Shown here piece by piece: positions 8,527-18,500 of a stretch of DNA of 64,000 bases; the first letter of the stretch is position 1; each line of letters begins with the position of its first letter. Source of the DNA: Planctomycetota bacterium (GTDB taxonomy: Bacteria > Planctomycetota > JAJSAM01 > JAJVHW01); the NCBI GenBank assembly GCA_965248445.1, contig CBDFJG010000003.1:1632001-1696000 (forward strand), in the 5' to 3' direction. A model generated the notes under the pieces. The model saw only the letters and a list, made by a program, of their open reading frames with translations, searched no databases and was not told where the DNA came from. Made by a program: the position numbers and the translations under genes.

Positions 8527-9753
8527 TCACGCTGGCCTCCGCTCGGCCTTCTCGCCCGTGTAGTTCTCCCAGCGGTCGACGCTCACGTCGCACCAGGCGG
8601 GGTCCAGTTCGACGCCCGCGCATCTCCGGCGCGCGCGCGTCGCTGCGATGACCGACGTGCCGCTGCCGAGGAATGGGTCGTAGACCAGGTCGCCCGGCTT
8701 GCCGTGATTTCGCATCGGGCGCTCCATGCACTCGACGGGCTTCTGTGTGCTGTGAGTTGTGCTGCCGGTGTCATCGGCGCGAGCGATGTTCCAGACAGTC
8801 GATTGCTTGCGGTCCCCACACCACGCAGCTGGGCGGCCCTTGCGTACCGCGTACCAACACGGCTCGTGCTGCCAGTGGTAGTGACCGCGGGAGATCTGCA
8901 GCGACGGCTTGGCCCACACGATCCCCGCCCTGATCTGCAGTGAGGCGGAGAGCAGTCCCTCCGCCACGTCCCACGAGTGCAGACTGGCATGCCACACGTA
9001 CGCAACGTCGCCGGGGAACAGTCGGTAGGCAGCACGCCAGTCGGAGCGGTCGTCGTTCAGCACCGCTTCGGTGCGACGGACCGACGAGCCGAGACCACCG
9101 TCGGCGGATGAGCGTGCTCGCCACGCGGGGTCGTACTCCACGCCGTATGGCGGGTCCGTCACCAACTGGAACGGAAGCTCACCATCGAGGACTCGGGCCA
9201 CGTCCTCGGCGTTTGTGGCGTCGCCGCAGAGCAGACGGTGCTCCCCGAGCACCCACAGGTCACCCGGCTTCGTCACGGGATCAACTGGCGGCTCAGGGAC
9301 CTGGTCTGGATCGGTCTCACCCGAGACCGGATCCAATAGCCGTGTGATCTCGGCGTCGGTGAAGCCCGCCACCGAGTGGTCGAAGTCCGGCGCCTGCTGC
9401 AACTCGGCGAGCAGTCGCCCGAGTGCGTCGTCATCCCACCCGGCGAGTTCCGCTGACCGATTCAGCGCGATCCCGAGGGCAGTGGCGTTCAGGTCGTCGA
9501 CGTCCACCTCGACAAGGTCCACGCCGCCCACGCCCATCTCTCGCAGAACGGCGACACGGCCGTTGCCGCCGATCACGCGTCCCGTGGACTTCTGGACAAC
9601 GATTGGCTCGACCTGTCCGAAGCGCTCGAGGCTCGAGCGGATCGCGTTGAGATTGCGGGGATCGTGGGTGCGCGCGTTGGCGGGGTCGAGTGTCAGTTCG
9701 TCGAGTCGACGTCGGACGACTGCGAGCTCGGGGGTGGCGGGGGCGCGGGTCAT
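8527..9753 (-). CDS. ParB-N-domain DNA adenine methyltransferase (phage type)
   Basis: DPANARTH...IGGNGR ParB domain; HRLLCGD, TDPPY, HSTQKPVE, YDPFLGSGT. Start ATG 9753 overlaps the upstream stop. Confidence 0.9.
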   Translation of the reverse strand: MTRAPATPELAVVRRRLDELTLDPANARTHDPRNLNAIRSSLERFGQVEPIVVQKSTGRVIGGNGRVAVLREMGVGGVDLVEVDVDDLNATALGIALNRSAELAGWDDDALGRLLAELQQAPDFDHSVAGFTDAEITRLLDPVSGETDPDQVPEPPVDPVTKPGDLWVLGEHRLLCGDATNAEDVARVLDGELPFQLVTDPPYGVEYDPAWRARSSADGGLGSSVRRTEAVLNDDRSDWRAAYRLFPGDVAYVWHASLHSWDVAEGLLSASLQIRAGIVWAKPSLQISRGHYHWQHEPCWYAVRKGRPAAWCGDRKQSTVWNIARADDTGSTTHSTQKPVECMERPMRNHGKPGDLVYDPFLGSGTSVIAATRARRRCAGVELDPAWCDVSVDRWENYTGEKAERRPA

Positions 9754-9992
9754 CGCTTGAGCTCCTTCAGCTTCCGCGCTGCGAGCGCGTTCATCACCGC
9801 AATGGCCTCGGGAGCGACGCTCCCGTCCTCGCGAACAAGTCCGTGCCGCAGTAGGACGGCGCCGAGCTTCTCGGCCGCGACAATCGGCACGCCGGCGCAG
9901 AGCGCCCACGCGGCGGAGGTGTCCTCATCAGGGCGCTCCTGCATCACCTCCGCAACGTGCGGCCACGCGATCGCGAGCCGCTGCGCGGACAC
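9750..9992 (-). CDS. Hypothetical protein
   Basis: Short ORF whose stop overlaps the ParB-MTase start (ATGA). Confidence 0.55.
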   Translation of the reverse strand: MSAQRLAIAWPHVAEVMQERPDEDTSAAWALCAGVPIVAAEKLGAVLLRHGLVREDGSVAPEAIAVMNALAARKLKELKR

Positions 9993-10047
9993 GTCGCTGG
10001 CAAGGTGTGCGACTGCGATGGCGGTCAGACTGAGTTCGGGAATGCGT

Positions 10048-10542
10048 TCACCTCGCCGAGTGCCTGGTGGCGGGTCCGAGGATGCGCTCCCTTGCGGTGA
10101 GACCGGCGGTCGGGAGCGATGGAGTGGTCGCGCGAACCGTGGTCCGCGCGGACGGAGAGAGCCCGAGTTCTCGAGCAGCTGCGAGCAACTGTGCTCTGGC
10201 CGACGCCGCGAGTTGCGTGTACGGAGACGTGAAACTCCGGCCGTGCGTGTCGATCAGTACGCCGCCCTCGACACGCAGTGCGTACTCGGCTCGGGCGAGT
10301 TGAGACCAGGCGGTGGTGTAGGTCGTCAACACCGCCCGGTCGATCACTTCGAGCAACCCACGCCGAACGAGTTCCGGAACGAGTCGGTCCCACTCCGCGC
10401 GGGCAACGTCATCGAGAAACTCAGGCGGGTCGGGCGCGCCCGGGATCACGGGCGGCTCACTGGGGTTGCTGCGGCACGGTTGGTCCGTTCCACGGAGCCG
10501 CTTCACAGCGGTCGGCAGTGGCTTCGGTCCTCGCTTACCCAC
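10048..10542 (-). CDS. Phage terminase small subunit, P27 family
   Basis: MGKRGPKPLPTAVKRLRG, PPEFLDDVARAEW, ELGLSPSAR. Confidence 0.9.
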   Translation of the reverse strand: MGKRGPKPLPTAVKRLRGTDQPCRSNPSEPPVIPGAPDPPEFLDDVARAEWDRLVPELVRRGLLEVIDRAVLTTYTTAWSQLARAEYALRVEGGVLIDTHGRSFTSPYTQLAASARAQLLAAARELGLSPSARTTVRATTPSLPTAGLTARERILGPATRHSAR

Positions 10543-10614
10543 TATTGAGACCTCCGACGGTCAGGCCGTCGTGTGCGTGCGCGTACGCATGCGCGCCCGC
10601 GCCACGCGCGGGAA

Positions 10615-10712
10615 CTCCGAAACCTGCACGCGCGGGAAGTTGGGTGATCCACCGGTCTACGGGCGCGAGGTGCCAGAGATCAGACCCCCCTCCCCCCCTC
10701 GCCAGGGGGGGC
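10615..10712 (-). other. Candidate cos/packaging site
   Basis: G-run GGGGGGGAGGGGGGTCTGATCTCTGG...GACCGG...CGCGCG directly upstream of a P27-type terS, a layout reminiscent of HK97-like cos regions. Confidence 0.5.
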
Positions 10713-10962
10713 AGCCGGTTGCTGATCGCCTTCAAGTCGGAGGTGTGAGCACGCTCGGCAGCACTCGCCTCCAAGCCGCGGACCAGACGACGCCAGGGAG
10801 ACGGACTCTCGAGTAGTTCACTCGCCGCGCCACATCCGGACGCGGCGAGGAGGAGACTCCAGACTGACCAGTCCTGACGCATGACGCGTCCTGACGCCTC
10901 CGCCGCAAAGCAGCCTTCGCGCGCGCGTTGAGTAACGGTTGTGAAGCACGAGTCATGAGGCG

Positions 10963-12731
10963 TCATGCGTCAGGACTCCTCTCGACGAGTGGGTCGGCGC
11001 GCAGCCTCACTCCCAACCAGAGCCGTGCCTTCTCGGTGCGCTTCTGCCCGAAGCCCCGGTCTCGCAACTCCCGCGCGAACGCCCGACTCCCCAGCGCCTT
11101 CTCGCCTGCGCGCTCAGCGAAGTCCTTGTAGGCGTGGAAGAGCACCGACCCCGCGACGCTGGCGTGTGCGTCCAGCTCGCACGCTGCGAGCAGGAAGGGC
11201 CCAAGTGCGTCCTCGGCGGCCCTGTACTCGGAGGTCGCCCCGGTCACGGCCGATGCCGTCCCGAGGCGGTGTCGCTGGTACGCGAGGCAGCCGCGAACGG
11301 CCCAGGCCAGAATGCCAGGACCCTCCGCCTGCAGTGTCGCCGCAAGGTGCGGATCGGCCCGGTCCCCGAGGAACTGCTCCTTGAACGGCAGGAGCTTCAC
11401 GCGGCGCCACGTGCCGTCGGAACTGTCCCGGATCGACGGCCTATGATTCGTCGAGAGGAACAGCGTGAACTTCGGCTCGAACTCGAAGTGCTCGCCGAAG
11501 AGGAACCTCGCTGTCTGCCTCCCGCCGCCAGTGATCCCCTTGACAGTCGCTTCGTCCAACCGACGGTCGCGTCCGGGCTCCTCGGCTGTCACGATCCGGG
11601 CTGGGGCGAGGCGCGCGAGGTCATTCCGCGGTCGCGAGACGTCGCGTCGGCGGAGGAACGTACTCGCCTCCGCATGGATTGCGTACGTACCAAGCATCCA
11701 CTGCAGGGTCCGTATCAAGACCGTCTTGCCGTTGCTGCCGGCGCCCCATAGCAGGACGATGAGGTGCTCGAGAACGACGCCAAGGAGCGAGTAGCCGACG
11801 AGCCGCTGGAAGTAGCAAATCAGGTCCCCGTCACCCGCAAAGACCTCCATGAGGAACCGCTCGAATCTCGGGGCTGTGGCATCCTGATCGAACGCTACCC
11901 CCGCCTGTCGGGTGATCAGGTCCTCGCGCTGATGCGGCCACAACTTCCCGGTCCGAAGGTCCAGCAGACCATTCGCAACCGAGAGCACCCACGGGTCCGC
12001 GTCGAGTTGGTCGGCCCAACGGTCACTCCGGAACGGCTGGCGGTGAGGTGTAGCGCGGCGGTGAGCGCGCGGTGGCTCTCGGACCGTTGGGCGAACTTGA
12101 GCAACTCGTCCCGCCGGTCCTTGTTGTCGATATCCGCAGCTGCGCGGGACAGCGCTCGCGCGGTGTCCCCGGCGCGGCGCAGTGCGGCGCCGTCTGTGTC
12201 GGTCTCCCACAGGCCACGGTCCTCGCTGTAGACGAGCCACTTTCGCTCCGCGGCGTGGAAGCGCATGTCCGCGCCGTGGACCGCGTGGATGCGTTCCGCG
12301 AATCCGAGCTCCGTGCATGGCGCATTGACGAGGACGGAGGCAGCGTCGCGCCGGTCAGCCGCCGAGGTGACGAGCCTGAGATGGCGCTCCCACTCCCTCA
12401 CCGGAAGGTCGCTCGAGACGAGGCCGGCAACGAGACCGACAGCGTCGGACACACCGCGCTGCCGTAGTTCCTCGGTGACGCGCACAACGTCCGGTGTGCC
12501 ACCGTCCGTAGACGCCCGCAGCGCGTCGTGAAGTCGCCGGCGGAGGTGGTGTGTCTGATGGCTGCGCGAAGTCCGCGCAAGGATGGCCTGAGCCGCCTCG
12601 TTGTCGAGGAAGCACGCCCTCAACAGCGCTGCCTCCGACAGAGCCGGCGCACCCGGTACTTCTGTGCCGGTCAGTAGATCGTGAGCGCCGGCCATCGCCA
12701 CCGCGGCGCCGTTGAGACGGGCGCCCGTCAC
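10963..12731 (-). pseudogene. P4-type D5/SF3 helicase with DnaB-N-like N-terminus, frameshifted near 12015
   Basis: 12731-~12020 carries TELGFAERI (D5_N). The second frame continues ADQLDADPW...NGLLDLRTG, Walker A GAGSNGKT, VKGITGG, STNHRP. Confidence 0.82.
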
Positions 12732-12991
12732 GACGGCTCCGCGACTGTCTCGGGTCGTCCACCGTCGGGACACCCTGCAACGTCTGCCAGCAACTCCGCG
12801 ACCGCTTCCCGAGGGACGCGCACGTGCGCGCCTGGTCCGTGGCCGAGTTTCACAGCGCGAAGGCGACCCGCGGCGATGTAGCGCTTGACCGTTCGCGGGT
12901 CGACGTTGAGGGCGCGCGCGACCTGAGCTACGCGTGCCAGTGGTGGGAGATCGAGTTGCAGGCGTCTGTCCGGGCGATGCATGACCGACAT
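12728..12991 (-). CDS. Excisionase-family HTH DNA-binding protein
   Basis: RVAQVARALNVDPRTVKRYIAAGRLRAVKLG...VRVPREAV. Confidence 0.82.
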   Translation of the reverse strand: MSVMHRPDRRLQLDLPPLARVAQVARALNVDPRTVKRYIAAGRLRAVKLGHGPGAHVRVPREAVAELLADVAGCPDGGRPETVAEPS

Positions 12992-13103
12992 ACTGACCCC
13001 CCGTTTCGCGGGGTCGGTCTGCAGCGCGGGAGAGCCCGAGCGCGTGCCTAGCGAGTGGCCAGGCCGCTCACTTGCGGCTCCCCGGTACACACCTTGGCGT
13101 GGC

Positions 13104-14603
13104 GTAACCGTTCACCCCTTCGTCGCGAGCCAGGATCCAGATCGTTCGGCCATCGGTCGATCAAGATGTTGTGGGCGAGCGGCAGGACGAGGATCTGCGG
13201 GCGATGGTCGAGGGCCTTCTGGCCTGGATCGAGGAGCTGGAGCGTCGCGAAGCGAAGCATCTGCGCCGCATCGACGAGCTCGAGTCGCGTCTGAAGCGTG
13301 ACTCCCGCAACAGCTCGAGGCCTCCGTCGTCGGACCCGGCGTGGTCCAAGCGCCGTCGCGGCCGAAGGCCGCGTAGCGGTCGCAAGCAGGGCGGACAGCC
13401 GGGCCATGAGGGCACGGCGCGCGAGCTGGTGGATCCGTCCAACGTCGATGAGACCAAGGAGCACCGTCCCGACCTCTGCGACGCGTGCGGACACGACGAT
13501 CTCGAGCAGGGCATCGGCGATCCGTACCGGCACCAGGTGACGGTGCTCCCGCGCGTGCTCGTCACGGTGCGGGAGCACCGGCTGCACAAGGCGCGGTGCC
13601 GGCGCTGTCGTGCGGTCACGACGGCGGTCCTGCCCGATGGCGTGCCGACCGGGGCCTTCGGTCCGCGGCTGACCACACTTGCCGGCGCGCTGCGCGGCGT
13701 GTACCGCGTGAGCGTGCGGGAGACGCAGCGGCTGCTCGGTGAGATCTTCGGTGTGAAGATGTCGCTGGGCAAGATCAGCGACTGTGAGCGTCGGCTCAGT
13801 GACTCTCTGCACTCGTCGTACCTCGAAGCCCTCGGGGCAGTCCGCACGTCGCTGCGAGCCAACGTGGACGAGACGTCGTGGAAGGAACGGGGCCGGGTGT
13901 GCTGGCTGTGGGCGGCGGAGAGCGAGCACGCCACAGCCTTCGGGATCGATCGCCGCCGCAGTGCCAAGGCGAAAGGGCGGCTGATCGGGCGGCGCTTCGG
14001 TGGCACGGTGATCAGCGACCGGATGGGTGCCTACGAGTCACACCCACTTGCCCGCCGCCAGCTCTGCTGGGCGCACATCGAGCGCGCCTTCCGTGCGCTG
14101 GCCGAAGGCCCGCGAGGACATCGCCGCTTCGGCAACAAGGGCGTCATGATCGCGCAGTCGGTCATGCGCAGCTACCGGCTCTTCGGTGAGCACGGCGACC
14201 GTGACCGGCTGCAAGGCGAAGCCGCTGTGCTGCGCGGACGGCTCGAGCGACTGATCGCGAACGACGACTCGGCTCTGGCCAACCATCTGCGCCCCCGCGT
14301 GGTCGCCCTCTTCACCTATGCGCGGACCCAGGACGTGAGTCCGACGAACAACGCCGCCGAGCGCGCGGTCCGCAAAGCGGTGCTCTGGCGCAAGGGCTCC
14401 TTCGGAAGCCAGTCCGCTCGCGGACTCCGCTTCGCCGAGCGCGTGTTGACCGCCGCGGCCACGCTGCGACGCCGTGGCGACCAAGTCTTCGACTTCCTCG
14501 CCGACTCGGTCGCCGCGCACCTCACCGGCGCCGACCCGCCCGTCATGGTCCCGCTGCCCGTCGCACGCTGAGGCTCACACGCTGTCAAGGGGTGAACGGT
14601 TAC
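13104..14603 (+). mobile_element. IS66-family insertion sequence (single ORF), copy B
   Basis: 17-bp perfect IR GTAACCGTTCACCCCTT/AAGGGGTGAACGGTTAC. No flanking duplication. Confidence 0.93.
13171..14571 (+). CDS. IS66 transposase
   Basis: NSSRPPSSD, GGQPGHEG, VDET, QLCWAH, TNNAAERAVRK; paralogous to 4761-6194. Confidence 0.95.
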   Translation: MGERQDEDLRAMVEGLLAWIEELERREAKHLRRIDELESRLKRDSRNSSRPPSSDPAWSKRRRGRRPRSGRKQGGQPGHEGTARELVDPSNVDETKEHRPDLCDACGHDDLEQGIGDPYRHQVTVLPRVLVTVREHRLHKARCRRCRAVTTAVLPDGVPTGAFGPRLTTLAGALRGVYRVSVRETQRLLGEIFGVKMSLGKISDCERRLSDSLHSSYLEALGAVRTSLRANVDETSWKERGRVCWLWAAESEHATAFGIDRRRSAKAKGRLIGRRFGGTVISDRMGAYESHPLARRQLCWAHIERAFRALAEGPRGHRRFGNKGVMIAQSVMRSYRLFGEHGDRDRLQGEAAVLRGRLERLIANDDSALANHLRPRVVALFTYARTQDVSPTNNAAERAVRKAVLWRKGSFGSQSARGLRFAERVLTAAATLRRRGDQVFDFLADSVAAHLTGADPPVMVPLPVAR

Positions 14604-15431
14604 TCGCGCCTTGGCGACACGCGCGACGCGCTTCGCCCAGTAGTTGTGCTCGCGCACGAAGAGCGTGTGCATCGCAGTGAGGCCGCATTGCTCGTTCGCC
14701 CGGACGTCGCCCGCGAGGAAGTAGCCGGCGTCGGACGACGGCGCGTTGGCAAGACCGTCTTCGTTGTATGGGAGCAGGTGCCCGTCGCTCTCGCAGAGCC
14801 GCCCCGTGCCGTCGAGCGTGCGCAGCGCGAGCGCCCTCTCATCGTCGGAGCCGTAGACCTGCGACGCGTCGATGAAGGCCGTGATTCCGTTGGTCTGTTC
14901 ACGAACCCCGTCCACGACCGCGTATGCGGATCGCAGCAGCGGGATGATCGCGGCGCCCTCACCGGCCGGATCGAACCACGCATCGCCGACCGGAACGATC
15001 ACGAAGAACGGCTCGGCCGGGTCCGCCTCGGGCGTGAGATCGATGTCGTGGTCGAGGAACTGCCCCCACTGCCAGAACATGTCGGAGACGCCGGCGGCGT
15101 TCGGGAGATCCCCCTCTTGCTCACAGACGGCGTTGCTGACCGCGCGAGCGTTCGGGCGCTCCTCGCCGGACGGAGCCGCAGCCCCATCGGCGTAGGCGCT
15201 CGCCAGCCGGCGCACGTACGCGATCCCGGGCGTTCCGAGAACACCGTCGGCGTGGTTGCCCGTGCCGTCGACGGTCCGCGTCTCGCTGAGACTGGTGGCG
15301 GCCAACCCCTGATCGAGTCCGCGGGCGTCCGACACCGCGACGAACGTGACCAGCGTGCCCAGGACCAACATCTGGATTCCGGCCGCAGCCCGGTTCCGAG
15401 CGGCGGAGTGCGTATGCATGAGTTCGTGCAT
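14604..15431 (-). pseudogene. Animal-type heme peroxidase (peroxidase-cyclooxygenase family), secreted, 3'-truncated by IS66
   Basis: RTVDGTGN, WGQFLDHDI, REQTNGITAFIDASQVYG, AGDVRANE, HTLFVREHN. The proximal-His half is absent. Confidence 0.88.
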
Positions 15432-15575
15432 GACTGTTCCTCCGTTGCGATCCGCTGATGACGAGCGTGGACCCTGTGTCCTGCGCAAATCTGAAGCAGT
15501 TCACGAGTCGCGATCGCCGTCCGGATTCATCGCGAACGCAGAGGAGGAGCTACCTCGACGTGGGGTCCGGCTCCG

Positions 15576-18500
15576 TCACCGGCCGAGCAAGCGCGCGGCC
15601 TGGTTCTTCGAGTTCTGGAAGCGCGGCTGCCACTCACCGCTCGCGATCTGCTCGAGCAGCGGGCGCGCCAGGTCGTGGCGGCCGCGGCGACGGAGCAGTT
15701 GGGCGCGGGAGAACAGGATGTCGGCATTGGTCGGCTCGATGTCGAACGCGGTCTCGTAGGCTTTGTCCGCCATGACGTACTCGTTGGTCTGCGCCATGCG
15801 CTGCGCCAGGTTGGTCCAGGGCGCAGCCTCGTTCGGCTTCGCGTCCAGCGGCGTCGTCAGGTAGTCCCACGCGAGCTCGTCCTCGCCGAGCGATGCGAAG
15901 ATCGCCCCGGCCATGTTGCTTGCGCCGGTCGGGTCGTCGTCCAGCGAGCGCCAGCGGTCGGCAACCGTCACGATGCGCGTGCGCACTTCGTCGCCTACCG
16001 ATGCGTCCAGGACGCCGGCCGCGTTCGCGAGCTGCTGGAAGCGGGACATCAGCTGTTGGTACTGCTGCCGCACCTGCTGCAAGTCGATCACATCACCCAG
16101 CCGGCGGTACTCGATGTCGAGCGCCTTCTCGTGGTAGGCGAGGGCGCGCTTTCCGTCACCGGCCTGCTCGGCCAGCGTGGTCGCCAGCGTCCAGAGCGGG
16201 GCGATCTCCGCCGTGTCCTCACGGTCCAGAAGCGGCTCGAGCTCCTCGAGCGCGCGCTGCTGGTTTCCGGTCATCATCCAGTGCTCGACGATCGAGATGC
16301 CGAAGAGCAGTTCACGCCCCTCCGGCAGCTCCTTGCGGGCGTACTCGATCAGTTCGTCCGCCAGCGCGCGGTCGCCGATCTGCGAGCACTGCGTCGCCAG
16401 CAGGGGAACGACGGCGTGGCGCTCGCCTGCGACCATCCGCCGAGCCAGTCCGTGCCAGAGCTCCCGCCACTCGGGCTCGGCGCCGGAGAACGCGTTGCGC
16501 AGACGATGGTCCACGGGCGGGAGGTATCCCTGCTCCAGGACTTCGGCGTGCAGCTTCGCAAGGTCGCTGCGGGCTCGCTTCACGAGGTCCGGGTCGCCGG
16601 TCTGCTTGCGTAGGATGGCGGCTTCGTACCGGGAGCGGTAGCGGTCGATCCCGCGCTCCGCGAGTCCGTCGAGCGCATCCGCCAAACGCGCCCGCACATC
16701 CTGCGCACGGCCCCAGTTTTTGAGAACGAGCGCGAGGAAGTACGCGCGTTCGGGGTCCGCCTCGGACTCGATGAGATCCATGACCCTCGCGGTGGCGTGC
16801 GTCTGCTTCTCGGCGTCCTGCGTCGCTCGACCGGACGCGAAGTCCGCCGTCTCGTTGCGCAGACGGGCGAGCCCGGCCAGCCACTGGTCGTCGATCTCGT
16901 CGATGCTCGCAACGCGGCCCGCGTCACGCTGTGCGATCTCCTTGACGTACCAGGCCAGCGCGCTGTCGGGGTGCTCGCGCGTGGGATCGAGCGCCTGCTG
17001 GTCCGGCTTGGACTCGTCGTTGATGGAGTGCGGATTCCACTGCCAGCCTGAGGCGAGGAGGAGCGCGTAGACGCCCAGGCGCCGGTCGTCGTGCTGCACG
17101 AGCTGCTGCTGCAGGAACTGTGACTGCGACCCGAAGCCCCACTGAATCATCTGCGTCACGCCCATGGCGATCCGCTCGTCATCCGTGTAGTGCTTCTGCG
17201 GCTGACTGGCGGCCTTGTCTCCGCCCCGCGTCTTGACGGCCTCGTTCGACCGCTGCTGCAGGAAGTTCCATTCGCGGAACGGGAGCTCGATCACGACGAG
17301 GTCCTCGTCCAGGCACAGGTCGATCGGTGGGTTCCGGCCCGCGACGCGATGAGCGGCGATGTCCACGACGTGCTCGTCCTCGCCGGCCGTCTGCGTTACC
17401 CGAATTCCGTCATCCGTCGAGGTGTAGGCCTCGCTCGCGACGACCTCGCCCTTCTCGTTCTCGTACCGGCGCCCTTCGAAGGCACCGGACTCGCTGAACG
17501 AGAACACCGTCCGTCCGGAGCCGGAGTGCGGTACGACGTGCACAGTTCGGTCATCGACGTAGACCACGTCCGAACCACGAGCGAGTCGCTCGACCGTCGG
17601 GAGCGTCCAGGGCGCCACGTACGCGAGTTCTTCGCGCAGCGCGGACGCCGGGAGCCTGCGTGCCGCGAGACCGGTCGACGGATACGCGTGGATCACATGC
17701 TGCCCGTCGTGGACGACGATCTCCTGAAGACCGTCCGCGTACGTGCGCTCGATGCGGAAGTGGCCGCGGCCGTCGACAACGGCCTTCGTCGCGACACCGT
17801 CGTCCGAACGCAACAGCACTTGCGATCCGCTGGTACGCATCAGCTCGATGATGTCCCGCGCCTTGCGGTCGATCTTGCCCTGCCGCGGCGCGAGAGCCGG
17901 GAGTTCTTGCTCCACGATGTCCCAGACGTCGCTCCAGGAGACGGTCATCGCCGGCATGCGGCCCAGTAGGTCGGAGAAGTACGCCAGGTCCGTCATCGGA
18001 GACGCCTGCTGCAGGAACAGCCCCTGCTGCCACGTGCCGTGGTAGTAGCCCTGCAAACGGTGGCGGATGCGCGCGTCCGATGCGGCTGCCCGCGTCTCGG
18101 CGCTCCGAGTGCCCGCGAATGCCCCGCCCGTCGGTCCGCTCAACGGACGCGGTAGACGCTGCATGCGCATACCCCCGCCGAGGAAGCCGCTCCCGCGGAT
18201 GTTCTTGCCGGCGCTGCGGCGACCGTCGTCGAACCAACGCTCCGCGGACTGCTTGCCGTTCCACCGCTCCCGCTTGCGCCCGATGGGTCCATCGAACGGA
18301 GCGCTCGCCGTGAACCACGGCTCGCCGGGAGGCATGCCCATCGGCATCTCGAGATCCCGCCGCGCGAATTGGTCCGCGAACAGTCCCGACAACGCGTAGT
18401 TCACCTCACTCATCGGTGTCGTGGCGTTCAGGTTGAAGCCGGCACTGGATCTGAGTTGCACCTGGCCCCACGATCGCCGTCCCCACCGCCCCCCGAAGCG

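Larger units (their letters stand above)
6242..13103 (-). mobile_element. Integrated phage-satellite/PICI-like element (capsid-less); ends not defined
   Basis: Co-oriented integrase, AlpA, ParB-MTase, small terminase, cos-like site, SF3 helicase and HTH. No structural genes or large terminase. Confidence 0.7.

Noticed and set aside
168..9753. Restriction-modification or defence island
   Set aside because: All three methyltransferases are orphan phage types, and no endonuclease or defence gene was recognised.
13092..14616. CCTTGGCG on both sides of IS66 copy B as a target duplication
   Set aside because: The copies are 4-5 bp away from the IRs rather than abutting them; likely chance.
14316..15488. 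390-aa ORF as an intact peroxidase
   Set aside because: The C-terminal ~95 codons come from the IS66 antisense strand.
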